From: Candidatus Latescibacterota bacterium
Lineage (GTDB): Bacteria > Latescibacterota > UBA2968 > GCA-2709665
Direction of reading: 5' to 3'
Length of the DNA: 64,000 nt
Assembly (NCBI GenBank): GCA_965203805.1
Contig: OZ241917.1
Coordinates: forward strand, 3,072,001 to 3,136,000
Shown here piece after piece: positions 47,368 to 58,617 of this stretch (positions are counted from its first letter, which is position 1; each line of letters opens with the position of its first letter). The notes beneath the pieces were generated by a model. The model did not search any database. It saw only the letters and a list, made by a program, of their open reading frames with translations, and was not told the origin of the DNA. The position numbers were made by a program, and so were the translations under genes.

Positions 47368-48414
47368 CTACGCATTTTTCAGCGCCGTCACTGTCTCGAT
47401 CAGCCGACGGTCCGCGTTGTATCGAAGCTGCAGAATCTGATCGAGTTGCGCGGGGCTGGCGCTTCTGGACGTCAGCCGATAGACCTCAAGTCTGTCCGCA
47501 AGCGCGTTCATGACCATATCGAGAAGGATGATATCCGACGCGTCGTCTTCGACCATGCACTCATCCGCCAGCACGCGGCGAACCACCTTCAGGCGGTCCC
47601 GCAACGCTTCCTCGTCTAACTGCTCGACCTTGGACCGGCTGACCAGCGTGGTGGAAAGCGTCGCCAGAAATCCTTCACTCAGGTATTTGCGGGCCTTCTC
47701 TTCGGTCCAGTTGTCCGACAGGATTTCCGCTATGGACTGCGGAACCCGCTCGGCCCGCTCCCGGTTTTCAGCCGACCCGCCGCCTTCGTTCTGACGGCGC
47801 GGCTGCCGGCGCCGTCTGTTTCGGCGATGCTCCTGCGCGCCTCTGGCCTGCGGTTCCTGGGTCCTTTCAGCCGTGGTTTCGGACGGCGCGCCCGCTGCCG
47901 GTTCAGGAGGAGGCGTCGCCGCGGGCTTCGGGGTCTCCGGCACGGGCTCGGCAACGGCTTCCCCGGCATTTGCCGGCTCAGGGGACGCCGTTTCTGTTGT
48001 CGCGGCTTCCGGCGGCGCCGCGGCTTTGTCAGCTTCTTTCTCGGATTGAGCCTGCTGCTTGTCGTCCGCTTTCGCCCGTGTCGTACGCTTCGTTGAGGTT
48101 GTCGATTTCCGGGGCCGTTTCGCGGGCCGCCGCGAAATCACGCGTTTCTCGGAAACATCCGCCGTTTTCTCGGTTGACTGACCCGCATCTTCCTGGGGGT
48201 CGGCTTCGGTCTTCTTGCTCTCTTCCTCCTCCGGTGCGGTCCGGCTTCGAGTTGTTCTCTTCGGATTCTTGCTGCCGCTCCGGGTACGCTTGGCGGGCCG
48301 CCGCGAGACCACGCGCCTCTCAGAATCCCCGGCTTCTTCCTTCTTCTCCGTATCCGGGGCTTCCGATACGGGTTGATCATTCTCCCCGGAAGGAGAATCC
48401 TGAATAACGTCCAT
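47368..48414 (-). CDS. Hypothetical protein with a long disordered charged N-terminus and a helical C-domain
   Basis: GGGAGG RBS; duplicated (E/K)R(R)V(V/I)SRRPAKR..KRTTR motif. Confidence 0.7.
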   Translation of the reverse strand: MDVIQDSPSGENDQPVSEAPDTEKKEEAGDSERRVVSRRPAKRTRSGSKNPKRTTRSRTAPEEEESKKTEADPQEDAGQSTEKTADVSEKRVISRRPAKRPRKSTTSTKRTTRAKADDKQQAQSEKEADKAAAPPEAATTETASPEPANAGEAVAEPVPETPKPAATPPPEPAAGAPSETTAERTQEPQARGAQEHRRNRRRRQPRRQNEGGGSAENRERAERVPQSIAEILSDNWTEEKARKYLSEGFLATLSTTLVSRSKVEQLDEEALRDRLKVVRRVLADECMVEDDASDIILLDMVMNALADRLEVYRLTSRSASPAQLDQILQLRYNADRRLIETVTALKNA

Positions 48415-48545
48415 ATACCTCCCTTCGAGCCGTAGACGTCGCAACACCTGCGAATTCGTCTACAACCGTCCACAATATTGAGCCTGCCCGAAAACATCAA
48501 TCTAATTCGACAATATAAGCAAATGTGACCCTCGTTTACCAGATG

Positions 48546-48576
48546 AAAAAGGGTCGGCCAGTATCGGCCGACCCTT
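48546..48576 (-). terminator. groEL terminator
   Basis: Minus strand AAGGGTCGGCC-gatact-GGCCGACCC-TTTTT. Confidence 0.8.
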
Positions 48577-48605
48577 GAACTTCCGCGCGGTGTCTGGCAC
48601 ACGGA

Positions 48606-50234
48606 TTAGTGATGATCGTGGCCGTGGCCGTGAACCGGTGGCTCTTTTTCCTCTTCCGGGACTTCCGTGACAAGCGTTTCCGTTGTCAGCAGAAGCCCGG
48701 CGATGCTGGCTGCGTTCTCAACTGCAGAACGCACGACCTTGGTGGGATCGGCCACGCCCGATTCGATCAGGTCTTCGTAGGTTTCGGTGAGCGCGTTGAA
48801 CCCGAACGCGCCTTCACCCTCAATGACCCGCTGCACAACCAGGCTGCCCTCGTGGCCCGCGTTATCGGCGATCTTCCTCAGTGGCGCCTCCAGTGCCTTG
48901 CCCAGAAGGTCCACGCCAGTCTTCTGGTCGCCGCGAACCCGGCTGCGAACCTTATCCAGCGAAGAAATGCACCTCACCAGGGCCACACCGCCGCCGGGCA
49001 CGATTCCCTCCTCAACAGCCGCCCGGGTCGCGTGCAGGGCATCTTCCACTCTCGCCTTCTTCTCCTTCATCTCGGTTTCAGTCGCAGCGCCGACGTTTAC
49101 CACCGCCACACCGCCCGCGAGCTTGGCGAGTCGCTCCTGGAGTTTCTCCCGGTCGTAGTCTGAGGTGGTCTCCTCAATCTGCATGCGTATCTGGCTGACC
49201 CGTCCCTGGATGTCGTCGGTGGCCCCGGCGCCCTCCACGATCGTCGTATTGTCCTTGTCGATGACGATTCGCTTGGCCTGCCCCAGGTCGTCAAGCTGTA
49301 TATTCTCCAGCTTGATTCCCAGGTCTTCGGAAATCACCCGGCCGCCGGTGAGAATAGCGATATCCGCAAGCATTTCCTTCCGTCGGTCGCCGTACCCGGG
49401 AGCCTTTACCGCTGCCGCCTTGATGGTCCCCCGAACCTTGTTCACGACAAATGTCGCCAGCGCCTCACCCTCCACGTCTTCGGCGATTACCAGGAGCGCC
49501 TTGCCGGCTTGCGCCGTTTTCTCCAGCAAGGGAAGGAGATCTTTCATATTGGAGAGCTTTTTCTCGTAGATCAGCAGATACGCATCTTCCAGAATCGCTT
49601 CCATGTCGTCCTGGTCGGTCACAAAATACGGCGAAATATATCCCCGATCGAATTGCATGCCCTCCACCACGTCCAGCGTCGTTTCGATCGATTTTGCTTC
49701 CTCGACGGTTATCGTGCCGTCTTTGCCTACCTTCTCCATCGAATCGGCGATAATTTCTCCTATGCTGCTGTCGTTATTGGCAGAGACCGTCGCCACCTGC
49801 GCGATTTCCTTACGGCCCGTGACTTCCTGGGACTGTGCCCTTAGCGCGTCGGTCACGTCCCTGACACCCTCGTCGATTCCCCGCTTGATGTCCATGGGGT
49901 TCGCGCCGGCCGTCACGTTCTTGAGCCCATCGCGATAGATGGCTTCCGCAAGGACCGTGGCAGTGGTGGTGCCGTCGCCCGCAACGTCGGACGTCTTGGA
50001 AGCGACCTCTTTTACCATCTGGGCGCCCATGTTCTCATAGGGATCGGGCAGCTCGATCTCTTTGGCCACCGTCACACCGTCTTTTGTAACCGTTGGCGAT
50101 CCCCATTTCTTGCCGAGAACTACGTTCCGGCCGCGCGGGCCCAACGTCGCTTTAACGGCTTTGCTCAGGATGTCCACGCCGTCGAGAACCTTTGACCGGG
50201 CGTCTATCCCGTAGCTCAGTTGCTTGGCTGGCAT
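48606..50234 (-). CDS. groL: Chaperonin GroEL with a His-rich tail
   Basis: [36 protein letters not shown]; ends HGHGHDHH. Confidence 0.97.
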   Translation of the reverse strand: MPAKQLSYGIDARSKVLDGVDILSKAVKATLGPRGRNVVLGKKWGSPTVTKDGVTVAKEIELPDPYENMGAQMVKEVASKTSDVAGDGTTTATVLAEAIYRDGLKNVTAGANPMDIKRGIDEGVRDVTDALRAQSQEVTGRKEIAQVATVSANNDSSIGEIIADSMEKVGKDGTITVEEAKSIETTLDVVEGMQFDRGYISPYFVTDQDDMEAILEDAYLLIYEKKLSNMKDLLPLLEKTAQAGKALLVIAEDVEGEALATFVVNKVRGTIKAAAVKAPGYGDRRKEMLADIAILTGGRVISEDLGIKLENIQLDDLGQAKRIVIDKDNTTIVEGAGATDDIQGRVSQIRMQIEETTSDYDREKLQERLAKLAGGVAVVNVGAATETEMKEKKARVEDALHATRAAVEEGIVPGGGVALVRCISSLDKVRSRVRGDQKTGVDLLGKALEAPLRKIADNAGHEGSLVVQRVIEGEGAFGFNALTETYEDLIESGVADPTKVVRSAVENAASIAGLLLTTETLVTEVPEEEKEPPVHGHGHDHH

Positions 50235-50273
50235 TATAACCCTCCTGTTTGCAGTTGTGTTCGCGGCGCATCG

Positions 50274-50564
50274 TTATTCCAGGATTCCCAGAATATCGTC
50301 TTCGGATGCAATGACGAGTTCCTCTCCGCCCACCTCCACCTCGGTCCCTGCAAATTGTCCGATCAGGACGCGATTGCCCACGCTTACCGAAACCGGTACC
50401 GGATCGCCGGTCTTGTCGTTGACTTTGCCCGGCCCCACCGCGACGACCTCGGCTTCGAGTGGTTTTTCCTTGGCTGTATCGGGAATTATGATGCCGCCCT
50501 GGACCTGTTCATCGGCTTCAATCCGCCGGAGAAGTACCCGGTCGGCCAGAGGCTTCACTGTCAT
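50274..50564 (-). CDS. groS: Co-chaperonin GroES
   Basis: KPLADRVL, GGIIIPDTAKEKP, VAVGPG. Confidence 0.96.
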   Translation of the reverse strand: MTVKPLADRVLLRRIEADEQVQGGIIIPDTAKEKPLEAEVVAVGPGKVNDKTGDPVPVSVSVGNRVLIGQFAGTEVEVGGEELVIASEDDILGILE

Positions 50565-50630
50565 CCGGTCCTCCTTCACAAGTTTGCCGTTTACGTTAAC
50601 CCATTTATTAATATATATTTTTTCAGATTA

Positions 50631-50657
50631 TTAGCACTCGGCGCGGCAGAGTGCCAA
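50631..50657. promoter_or_regulatory. CIRCE element (HrcA operator)
   Basis: TTAGCACTC-N9-GAGTGCCAA upstream of groS. Confidence 0.92.
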
Positions 50658-50792
50658 TAGCACAAATATACAGGCTTTGAATTTGTGACGCAAGGACAAA
50701 TTCCCTGAAAGCACAAAAAAGCGCATTACGTCTGGTAATGCGCCCGGACCCGATCTCCTGTTGCCGCCCGATGACGGTCCGCGATGTTCCTT

Positions 50793-51269
50793 CTATCGCA
50801 TCGCACGCCCCAGCAGTTTCTTCTTCCGGGCAATCCGTTGCTGCAGGTGTTCTATCTCAGCTTCCAGCAGTTCAGGACGGTCCATATCGCCGGTCTCTTC
50901 CGGCGGGGGCGGCTGTTCTGACGGGAGGGATGCATCCGCCCAGTCGTCGTACCCGCCCGCCATTGAAATCACCCGCTCGTAGCCCAGCTCCTTCAGAGAC
51001 TCCGCGGCCAGCAGAGAACGTACACCTCCGGCGCAATACACCACCACTTCCCGGGATTTGTCGGGAATCCTGGATTCGGCCTCGGCTTCAAGGCGTCCTC
51101 TGGGAATATGGACGGCCCCGCGCAAATGTCCGGACTCCCACTCGTCGAGGGCGCGCACATCCAGCAGGACGGGGCTTTCGCCGCTGTTCAGATGATGATG
51201 CACCTCCTGAACGCTCATTTCCGGAATCTCCCTGCGGGCCTCGCTCAACAGGTCATCTCGGGATTTCAT
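50793..51269 (-). CDS. Rhodanese-domain protein with a C-terminal coiled coil
   Basis: LLDVR..GHLRGAVHIP, YCAGGVRS, MAGGYDDW. Confidence 0.88.
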   Translation of the reverse strand: MKSRDDLLSEARREIPEMSVQEVHHHLNSGESPVLLDVRALDEWESGHLRGAVHIPRGRLEAEAESRIPDKSREVVVYCAGGVRSLLAAESLKELGYERVISMAGGYDDWADASLPSEQPPPPEETGDMDRPELLEAEIEHLQQRIARKKKLLGRAMR

Positions 51270-51341
51270 CGCCTATGAGCTCCTTTTCTCGTTCCGGCAT
51301 GATTTCGTTTCGGACTGCGACGGTGCTGCCGCCGCGGTTCC

Positions 51342-54300
51342 TCAGGCGGGTACCCGGCCCGGCTGACCGTGACATTTCTTGTATTTCTTGCCGCTTCCGC
51401 ACGGACATGGACTGTTCCTGCCCACCTTCTGCACCCGCACGGGACGCTGTTTGGGCGGCCCCCCTTCCGACGCGCTGGTGGCGGTACCGGCCACCGGCGA
51501 CGCCTCGACGCCAACGTCAAACCCCATGCCGGTGGCGTCCTGGTGCACGAGCGAGACCTGCTGCGGCTGGCGGCTTCCAGTCCTTGTCATTTCCTCTTCG
51601 ACGGGGATTCGAAACAGCGTTTTCAGCGTTTCCCGGTTGATTTCGTCCAGGAGATCGACGAACATCTGAAACCCTTCGCGCTTGTATTCGATCAGCGGGT
51701 CCTTCTGCCCGTATCCGCGCAGGCCGATGCCCTCCTTGAGGTCGTCCATTTCCCTGAGGTGGTCCTTCCACTTCTCGTCGGTTACCCCAAGGTAGACCAT
51801 CCGCTCGATTTCCCGCATCCTTCCAGTGCCAATCAGGCTCTCGCGTCGCCGATACGCCGCCTTGATCCCATCGAACAACTGTTCCCGGAATCCATCTTCT
51901 TTAAGCTCGGGCAACGTCTCCAGAGGCACTTCCGGGACCTGAAGGAATATCTGGCGCAGGTCGCGATAGAGCCCGTCAATATCCCAGTCGTCCTGGGTGC
52001 CTTCATCCGGAAGATGGCTCCCGAAGGAGGCGTTCACCACCTCCTCCATTTCTTCTTCGATCTGTTCGTAGATATTGTGTTGCTCCAGCGCGTGGCGTCG
52101 CCGGTCGTATACGACCTCCCGCTGCTGGTTCATCACGTCGTCGTATTCGAGCAGATGTTTGCGCACTTCGAAGTTCCGCGCTTCCACGCGTTTCTGGGCC
52201 CGCTCAATGGATCGCGTGACCATCCGGTGTTCGATCACCTCGCCCTCTTCGGCGCCCAGCCGGTCCATGATCCGGGCGATCCGCTCGGATCCGAAGAGCC
52301 GCATCAGATCGTCTTCCAGTGAAATGAAAAACCGGGAATTTCCGGGGTCGCCCTGTCGACCCGCACGACCCCTGAGCTGCCGGTCTATTCGCCTCGCCTC
52401 GTGTCGCTCGGTTCCGATGATGTGCAATCCGCAGGGCACTTCCTCCCGGCAACGGTATTCTTCCAGGTGCGGGCACAGCGTGCCGTCGCCATCGGGGCCG
52501 GGTATCAGCGCGCATTGACGGTCTTGCGGCGCCTTGACCACGCCGTCGCCCAGCTTGATATCCGTTCCACGACCCGCCATGTTGGTCGCAATGGTCACCG
52601 CTCCCGGCTGTCCGGCCCTTGCGACAATCTGGGCTTCCTGCTGGTTGTGGCGGGCGTTGAGCACTGCGTGTCTGATGCCCTTGCGTTTCAACATGCGCGA
52701 CAGCAACTCAGATACTTCGACGCTGATCGTGCCGACCAATACGGGCAGGTTCTTGTGGTTCAACCGCTCGATCTCATCCACGATGGCGTTGTATTTCTCC
52801 CGTTTGGTCCTGAAGATCAGGTCCTCCGAATCGATCCGCCGCACGGGTTCGTTCGTGGGCATCACCACAACGTCGAGCTTGTAGATCTGAAACAGTTCCG
52901 CCGCCTCGGTCTCGGCGGTTCCGGTCATCCCCGCCAGCTTGTAGTACAGTCGGAAGTAGTTCTGCAAGGTGATCGTGGCGATCGTCTGGGTGTCCCGTTC
53001 CACCTTGACCCGCTCTTTCGCCTCCAGAGCCTGGTGCAGCCCGTCCGCGAATCGTCGGCCCGGCTGGGGGCGTCCGGTGAATTCGTCCACAATAACCACC
53101 TGGCCGCCGTCCACGATATACCTTACATCCTTTTCGTAGAGCGTATAGGCGACCAGAAGCTGCTGCACACTGTGAATCGCCTCGCTCTTTCGGGCGTAGG
53201 CCTGGTACGCGTCGTCCTGGGCTCTGGCCTTTTCCTCCGGCGGCTTCGAGTCGTCAGCTTCGATTCCGTGAAGGACTTCATCCAGGTCGGGCAGAACAAA
53301 GTCGTCCGGCCTTCTGCTGATCTCGACGCGCCCCTTATCGGTCAGGTCGATCACATGGCTCTTCTCGTCCACGCTGAAGTAGAGGTCCTCGTCAATCTCG
53401 CCCATTCGCTTGTCGCGAAGGTAGTCCGCCTCAACCCGGCCGATCAGACGTTTGATCCCCTCTTCCTGCAGCAGCTTCATGAACCGGCGGTTCTTCGGCA
53501 TCCCCCGCTGGACCTGCAGCAACCGGATCCCGGCCTCGTATTCCTCCTCGTCGAGGCGTTCCTCCGCTTCGTTCAACGTCCCGGTCACCACCCGCGTCTG
53601 CGCCCTGACCAGCCGCTCCACCAGCGGCCGCATCTCGTCGTACCGCTGGTTGTCGGCCTCCGCCACCGCGCCGGAGATGATCAGCGGCGTCCTCGCTTCG
53701 TCGATAAGGATGCTATCGGCCTCGTCGATGATCGCGAAATAGTGTTCGCGCTGCATCAGGTCTTCCGGGCGAACCGACATATTGTCGTAAAGGTAGTCGA
53801 ACCCGAACTGGTCCTTCGTGCCATAGATGATATCGGCCCGATAGGCCTCCTGGTGATCGCATTCCCGCAGCCGGTACCCGCCCTGTCCATCCTCCTCCAG
53901 CCGGTACGCCTCCGCCTCCATGGAGCGGTCCTGAATGATGCCGACGCTCATCCCGAGAAAGAGATAGACGGGCCCAAGCCACATGGCGTCTCGCTTAGCC
54001 AGATAGGAGTTCACCGTTACGAGATGCGCGCCCCGTCCCGTCAATCCGTTCAGATAGAGCGGCATTCCCGCCACCAGCGTCTTGCCCTCGCCAGTGGCCA
54101 TTTCGGCGATCTTTCCCTGGTGCAGCACGATGCCGCCGAGCAACTGCACGTCGTAAGGCACCATATCCCAGACGATGGTTTCCCCTGCGCGCTCCCACTG
54201 CTTTCCCTGCGCCTTGAAACGGCGGCAGGTCTCTTTATAGACCGCATATGCTTCAGGTAATACTTCCTCCAGAGCCTCCGCCTCGACTTCCCTGGCTTCC

Positions 54301-54572
54301 TCCTCCAGTTCCGAGACTTCGTCCAGCAGCGAGGAACGATCCACTTCGTCCTCGCTCTTCAACTCCTCCCGCAGCCGATTCAGCCGTTCCGTATATTCGG
54401 CTGTCTCCTCGGTCAACCATTCTTTTAACTCAGCCGTCTTTTCGCGGAGATCCGCATCCGAGAGCGCGGCCAGAGACTCGCAATGCCCGTTTATCACTTC
54501 GACCGTCGGCCAGAGCTTCTTCAGGTCCCGATCGTACTTGGTCCCGAACACTTTTTTGATCACACCCATCAT
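51342..54572 (-). CDS. secA: Preprotein translocase SecA
   Basis: MATGEGKT, IDEADSILIDEARTPLIISG, QLRGRAGRQGDPG, SEC-C CPCGSGKKYKKCH. Confidence 0.97.
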   Translation of the reverse strand: MMGVIKKVFGTKYDRDLKKLWPTVEVINGHCESLAALSDADLREKTAELKEWLTEETAEYTERLNRLREELKSEDEVDRSSLLDEVSELEEEAREVEAEALEEVLPEAYAVYKETCRRFKAQGKQWERAGETIVWDMVPYDVQLLGGIVLHQGKIAEMATGEGKTLVAGMPLYLNGLTGRGAHLVTVNSYLAKRDAMWLGPVYLFLGMSVGIIQDRSMEAEAYRLEEDGQGGYRLRECDHQEAYRADIIYGTKDQFGFDYLYDNMSVRPEDLMQREHYFAIIDEADSILIDEARTPLIISGAVAEADNQRYDEMRPLVERLVRAQTRVVTGTLNEAEERLDEEEYEAGIRLLQVQRGMPKNRRFMKLLQEEGIKRLIGRVEADYLRDKRMGEIDEDLYFSVDEKSHVIDLTDKGRVEISRRPDDFVLPDLDEVLHGIEADDSKPPEEKARAQDDAYQAYARKSEAIHSVQQLLVAYTLYEKDVRYIVDGGQVVIVDEFTGRPQPGRRFADGLHQALEAKERVKVERDTQTIATITLQNYFRLYYKLAGMTGTAETEAAELFQIYKLDVVVMPTNEPVRRIDSEDLIFRTKREKYNAIVDEIERLNHKNLPVLVGTISVEVSELLSRMLKRKGIRHAVLNARHNQQEAQIVARAGQPGAVTIATNMAGRGTDIKLGDGVVKAPQDRQCALIPGPDGDGTLCPHLEEYRCREEVPCGLHIIGTERHEARRIDRQLRGRAGRQGDPGNSRFFISLEDDLMRLFGSERIARIMDRLGAEEGEVIEHRMVTRSIERAQKRVEARNFEVRKHLLEYDDVMNQQREVVYDRRRHALEQHNIYEQIEEEMEEVVNASFGSHLPDEGTQDDWDIDGLYRDLRQIFLQVPEVPLETLPELKEDGFREQLFDGIKAAYRRRESLIGTGRMREIERMVYLGVTDEKWKDHLREMDDLKEGIGLRGYGQKDPLIEYKREGFQMFVDLLDEINRETLKTLFRIPVEEEMTRTGSRQPQQVSLVHQDATGMGFDVGVEASPVAGTATSASEGGPPKQRPVRVQKVGRNSPCPCGSGKKYKKCHGQPGRVPA

Positions 54573-54589
54573 AAGCGGTCATCCACCGT

Positions 54590-55024
54590 TTAGCGACAAT
54601 CCACGTTCTCTGCCAGGATTCCCTGCTGCCTGACCAGCGCATCGAGAATGCCGTTGATAAACGTCGGCGCCTTCTCAACACTGTAACGCTTTGCGAGTTC
54701 AATGGCCTCGTTCATCGAGACCCTGAACGGGATATTGTCGAATGCCAGCATTTCCGTAAGCGCCATCCACAGCAGGATGCGGTCGATTCTCGAAATACGT
54801 TCCAATGCCCAGTTCCTGGAAATGCCTTCGACCATGCGGTTCAGTTCTTCCCTTCGCGTCCAGGTCTCCCGGCCCAGCGCCTGCGCGAATTCCGCCGCGT
54901 CGTCCGACAGTTCCGCCCGAACCGCCATGGCGCGAAGCGTCCGGTGGACGGGGTCCCCCGAACTCTCGCTCCAATATAGCGCCTGCAGCGCAACTTCGCG
55001 GGCTTTTCGGCGCGAACCCGTCAT
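54590..55024 (-). CDS. nusB: Transcription antitermination factor NusB
   Basis: [31 protein letters not shown]. Confidence 0.93.
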   Translation of the reverse strand: MTGSRRKAREVALQALYWSESSGDPVHRTLRAMAVRAELSDDAAEFAQALGRETWTRREELNRMVEGISRNWALERISRIDRILLWMALTEMLAFDNIPFRVSMNEAIELAKRYSVEKAPTFINGILDALVRQQGILAENVDCR

Positions 55025-55500
55025 TCCCGGTTTTCGTCCCAGGACGCCAGCAGATTCGCCATCTCCAAAGCGCCTATGGCGGCCTCCCATCCCTTGTTAC
55101 CGGCCTTGGCTCCCGCTCTCTCGATTGCCTGTTCGACCGTGTCGGTGGTCAACACGCCGAAAAGACACGGCACACCGGATTCCAGCCCTGCCGACGCGAT
55201 CCCCCTGGAGACCTCGCCGGCCACATAGTCGAAGTGGGGCGTACTCCCGCGAATCACGGCGCCCAGACAGATCACCGCGTCGTAACGTCCGCTGATCGCC
55301 ATCTTTCTTGCGATCAGCGGAATCTCGAATGCACCCGGAACCCAGGCCACGTCCACGTTGACCGGATCGCATCCATGACGCGTCAGACAATCTCTGGCGC
55401 CTTCCAGCAACTGCTTGCTGACCAGCGCATTGAAGCGACTCACCACAATGCCGAAGCGCTTGCCGCCCGCATGCAATCCACCCTCATGCACTCTCGCCAT
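55021..55500 (-). CDS. ribH: 6,7-dimethyl-8-ribityllumazine synthase
   Basis: [31 protein letters not shown]. Confidence 0.96.
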   Translation of the reverse strand: MARVHEGGLHAGGKRFGIVVSRFNALVSKQLLEGARDCLTRHGCDPVNVDVAWVPGAFEIPLIARKMAISGRYDAVICLGAVIRGSTPHFDYVAGEVSRGIASAGLESGVPCLFGVLTTDTVEQAIERAGAKAGNKGWEAAIGALEMANLLASWDENRE

Positions 55501-56758
55501 ACGTTTCCTCCGTTGCGCCGTCGGCCAACTTCAGATCTTCTTCGCTGAACATGTGCCCCATTTTCTTCTTCTTGGTGCGCAAATACCGAATATTCCATGG
55601 CGTCGGATCGATCCTGACGGGTACCCGTTCCACAATCTCGATTCCATACGCCTCCAGTCCCACCCGCTTGGCCGGGTTGTTGGTGATCAACCGCGCCTGC
55701 CTGATGCCAAGGTCCAGCAGGATCTGGGCGCCGATGCCGTAATCGCGCTCGTCCATCTTGAATCCCAACTTCAGATTCGCCTCCACGGTATCGTAACCCT
55801 CTTCCTGCAGATGGTATGCCTTGATTTTTTGGCGGAGGCCGATGCCCCTGCCCTCCTGCCGCATGTAGACAACGGCGCCTCGACCCTCCCGTTCGATCAT
55901 TTCGATCGCCGAGTGGAGATTCGTGTTGCAGTCGCACCTGAGCGATCCGAAGGCGTCTCCCGTGAGGCACTCGGAGTGCATCCGCACCAGCACGGGATCT
56001 GCCGCCGTGAGGTCTCCCTTGGTCAGTGCCACGTGTTCCCGCCGGTCGACTTCACTTTCGTAGAGGTGAAGTTTGAACTGGCCGAATTGTGTGGGCAGGT
56101 GGACGGTCTCCAGGCATTCGACCAGTTTTTCCGATCGGCGGCGATACGCGATCAGATCGCGAATGGTGATAATCTTGAGGTGAAACTGCCGGGCCATTTC
56201 CATCAGTTGCGGCAGCCGGGCCATCGTCCCGTCCGGATTCAGTATCTCGCACAGTACGCCCGCGGGATAGAGGCCGGCCAGCCTTGCCAAGTCCACCGTT
56301 GCCTCCGTGTGGCCCGCCCGGCGCAAGACACCTCCGGGACGGGCAGACAAAGGGAAGACATGTCCGGGTCTGGCGAAATCGGGCGCCCGGGCGTCCGGGT
56401 CGACAAACCGCCGTATGGTGACGGCCCGGTCCTGCGCCGAAATCCCTGTGGTGGTGTCCTCAACCGCGTCGATACTCACCGTGAACGGCGTTCCGTGCAA
56501 CGCGGTGTTACTTCCGACCATCATTTCCAGTTCCAACTCCCGTAACCGCTCCGGTGTTGCAGGCAGGCAGACCAGACCGCGCCCGTGAAGGGCCATGAAA
56601 TTGATAATCTCGGGCGTGACCATCTCCGCCGCTGCGATCAGGTCCCCTTCGTTTTCCCGGTCCTCATCGTCCACGACGATCACCAGTTTACCCGCCCGAA
56701 TTTCGTCCAGCGCCTCTTCGATGGACGAAATTCGGAACCCGTTGTCGGTTTCAGACAT
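55484..56758 (-). CDS. ribBA: Bifunctional DHBP synthase / GTP cyclohydrolase II
   Basis: [39 protein letters not shown]. Confidence 0.96.
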   Translation of the reverse strand: MSETDNGFRISSIEEALDEIRAGKLVIVVDDEDRENEGDLIAAAEMVTPEIINFMALHGRGLVCLPATPERLRELELEMMVGSNTALHGTPFTVSIDAVEDTTTGISAQDRAVTIRRFVDPDARAPDFARPGHVFPLSARPGGVLRRAGHTEATVDLARLAGLYPAGVLCEILNPDGTMARLPQLMEMARQFHLKIITIRDLIAYRRRSEKLVECLETVHLPTQFGQFKLHLYESEVDRREHVALTKGDLTAADPVLVRMHSECLTGDAFGSLRCDCNTNLHSAIEMIEREGRGAVVYMRQEGRGIGLRQKIKAYHLQEEGYDTVEANLKLGFKMDERDYGIGAQILLDLGIRQARLITNNPAKRVGLEAYGIEIVERVPVRIDPTPWNIRYLRTKKKKMGHMFSEEDLKLADGATEETYGESA

Positions 56759-56792
56759 TTTATGTCACTCCCGGCGAAATGACGTTGAGATA

Positions 56793-57464
56793 TCAAACGC
56801 CACGATTGTCGTCAATCCCTTCGTTTTCAGCACCGTACCCAATGTCCGGTACCGCGGCCAATTCGCCGTTCTCCGGATGGCGGGCTGTTAGCCTCTCCAG
56901 ATACCGCGCAACCATATCGACCTCCAGATTCACCGCGTCGCCGACCCGGCGTTCGCCGATCGTTGTGGCTTCCATCGTATGCGGAATGACCGCTACCGTG
57001 AAGTCACGCGCGCCCGCGGACACAACCGTCAGGCTGATTCCGTCCACGGCTATCGAGCCCTTACCGGCCACATACCGGGCGAGTTCCGCCGGCATCCCGA
57101 TCCGGAACACGACGTTGTCCGCCCATCGCCGCCGCTCCTGCACCCGGCCCACGCCATCCACGTGTCCGGCCACCAGATGCCCGCCAAGGCGATCCGACAA
57201 CTTCAGCGACCGTTCCAGATTCACCCTGTCACCCGCTCTCAACCTCCCCAGGGTCGTGCGCTCCAGGGTCTCCTGGATGGACTCGAACGAGAACCCCCGG
57301 CGCCCCACGTCGACAACCGTATGGCAGGCGCCGTCGATCGAAATGCTATCGCCGATGGCGACGTCCGCCGGAACGCGACTCGCCTCCACGGCCGTGCGCT
57401 GATACCCGGTCCGTCTTTGAACGTTACAAACCAGCCCCACTTCCTCGACTATCCCCGTAAACAT
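56793..57464 (-). CDS. ribE: Riboflavin synthase
   Basis: [34 protein letters not shown]. Confidence 0.95.
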   Translation of the reverse strand: MFTGIVEEVGLVCNVQRRTGYQRTAVEASRVPADVAIGDSISIDGACHTVVDVGRRGFSFESIQETLERTTLGRLRAGDRVNLERSLKLSDRLGGHLVAGHVDGVGRVQERRRWADNVVFRIGMPAELARYVAGKGSIAVDGISLTVVSAGARDFTVAVIPHTMEATTIGERRVGDAVNLEVDMVARYLERLTARHPENGELAAVPDIGYGAENEGIDDNRGV

Positions 57465-58588
57465 CGACCCGTTCCTTTTCCGGGGCCGCGGGACCCCGGT
57501 ACCGCAGCATCCTTCACCCGTGCCGTGTAGAACAGATCGGGCCCGGACCAATCCACGTTCACGTCGTGCAGAACAATCGCATCGGCCATTCTCTTTATCC
57601 CCAGATCGCCTACCGAATCGATCCCTTTACCGAGAATCGAGGGGGCGATAAAAACGGCCAGCCGGTCGATCAACCGGTCCCGCATCGCGGACGCCGCCAC
57701 GCAACCGCCGCCTTCGATCAACACGTGCGTGATTCCTTCGCTGCCCGCGCGGGAAAGCACGTCTCTAAGCCGTGGCCTTCCATCCAGGTGCGAACAGACC
57801 CAGACGCGAGCGCCGCATTCCTCCATCGCTTCGACTTTTTTTTTTGAAACCCCTTGCGCCGCGGCGAGAATCAGCGGCGCCCCTTCGAATACCTTTGCGT
57901 CCCTTGATGTCTCGAGACGGCCGTCCAACACGATTTTCACCGGATCAGGGCCGTCCAGGTGACGAACCGACAGCAGCGGATCGTCCACATGGACCGTTCG
58001 CCGCCCGACCATCACCGCCGTTGCCTCGGCACGCAGCCCATGAGCGCGGATTCGGGACTCATCGGAGGAAATCCACCTTGATTCGCCCGTAGCGGTCGCG
58101 ATCCGGCCATCGAGCGTCTGCGCCAACTTCAGGGTAACGAAAGGCAACCCCGTCGTCCGTTGCTTGACGAAGGCCTCGTTCAGTCGCCGCGCCTCACCCT
58201 CGAGCACGCCGACGTCCACACGTATGCCCGCCTCGCGTAAGCGGCGGATTCCCCTGCCCGACACCCGTTTATCCGGATCCACCATCCCGCAGACGACCCG
58301 CGCCACCCCTTTTTCGATCAACAGGTCGACGCACGGCGGCGTTCGGCCGGTATGGGCGCACGGCTCCAGTGTCACATACAGCGTGACGTCCGGTGTTCCG
58401 GCGGCCACGTCTGCGAGCGCATAGACCTCCGCGTGCGGTTTCCCGGATTCCGGATAGTGCCCCTTTCCGACAATGTGCCCGTTTCGGACCGCTACCGCCC
58501 CCACCAGCGCATCGTCCCGAACCCGACCGCGTCCTTTCTCGGCCAGCGACAACGCCAGCCGCATATAATCCGAATCCGTCATAGCCAC
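57449..58588 (-). CDS. ribD: Diaminohydroxyphosphoribosylaminopyrimidine deaminase / reductase
   Basis: HAE, TLEPCAHTGRTPPC, KLAQTLDG, IEGGG. Confidence 0.93.
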   Translation of the reverse strand: MAMTDSDYMRLALSLAEKGRGRVRDDALVGAVAVRNGHIVGKGHYPESGKPHAEVYALADVAAGTPDVTLYVTLEPCAHTGRTPPCVDLLIEKGVARVVCGMVDPDKRVSGRGIRRLREAGIRVDVGVLEGEARRLNEAFVKQRTTGLPFVTLKLAQTLDGRIATATGESRWISSDESRIRAHGLRAEATAVMVGRRTVHVDDPLLSVRHLDGPDPVKIVLDGRLETSRDAKVFEGAPLILAAAQGVSKKKVEAMEECGARVWVCSHLDGRPRLRDVLSRAGSEGITHVLIEGGGCVAASAMRDRLIDRLAVFIAPSILGKGIDSVGDLGIKRMADAIVLHDVNVDWSGPDLFYTARVKDAAVPGSRGPGKGTGRCLRG

Positions 58589-58617
58589 CCCGTGTGCCGG
58601 GGCCGGGTATCCTCCCC

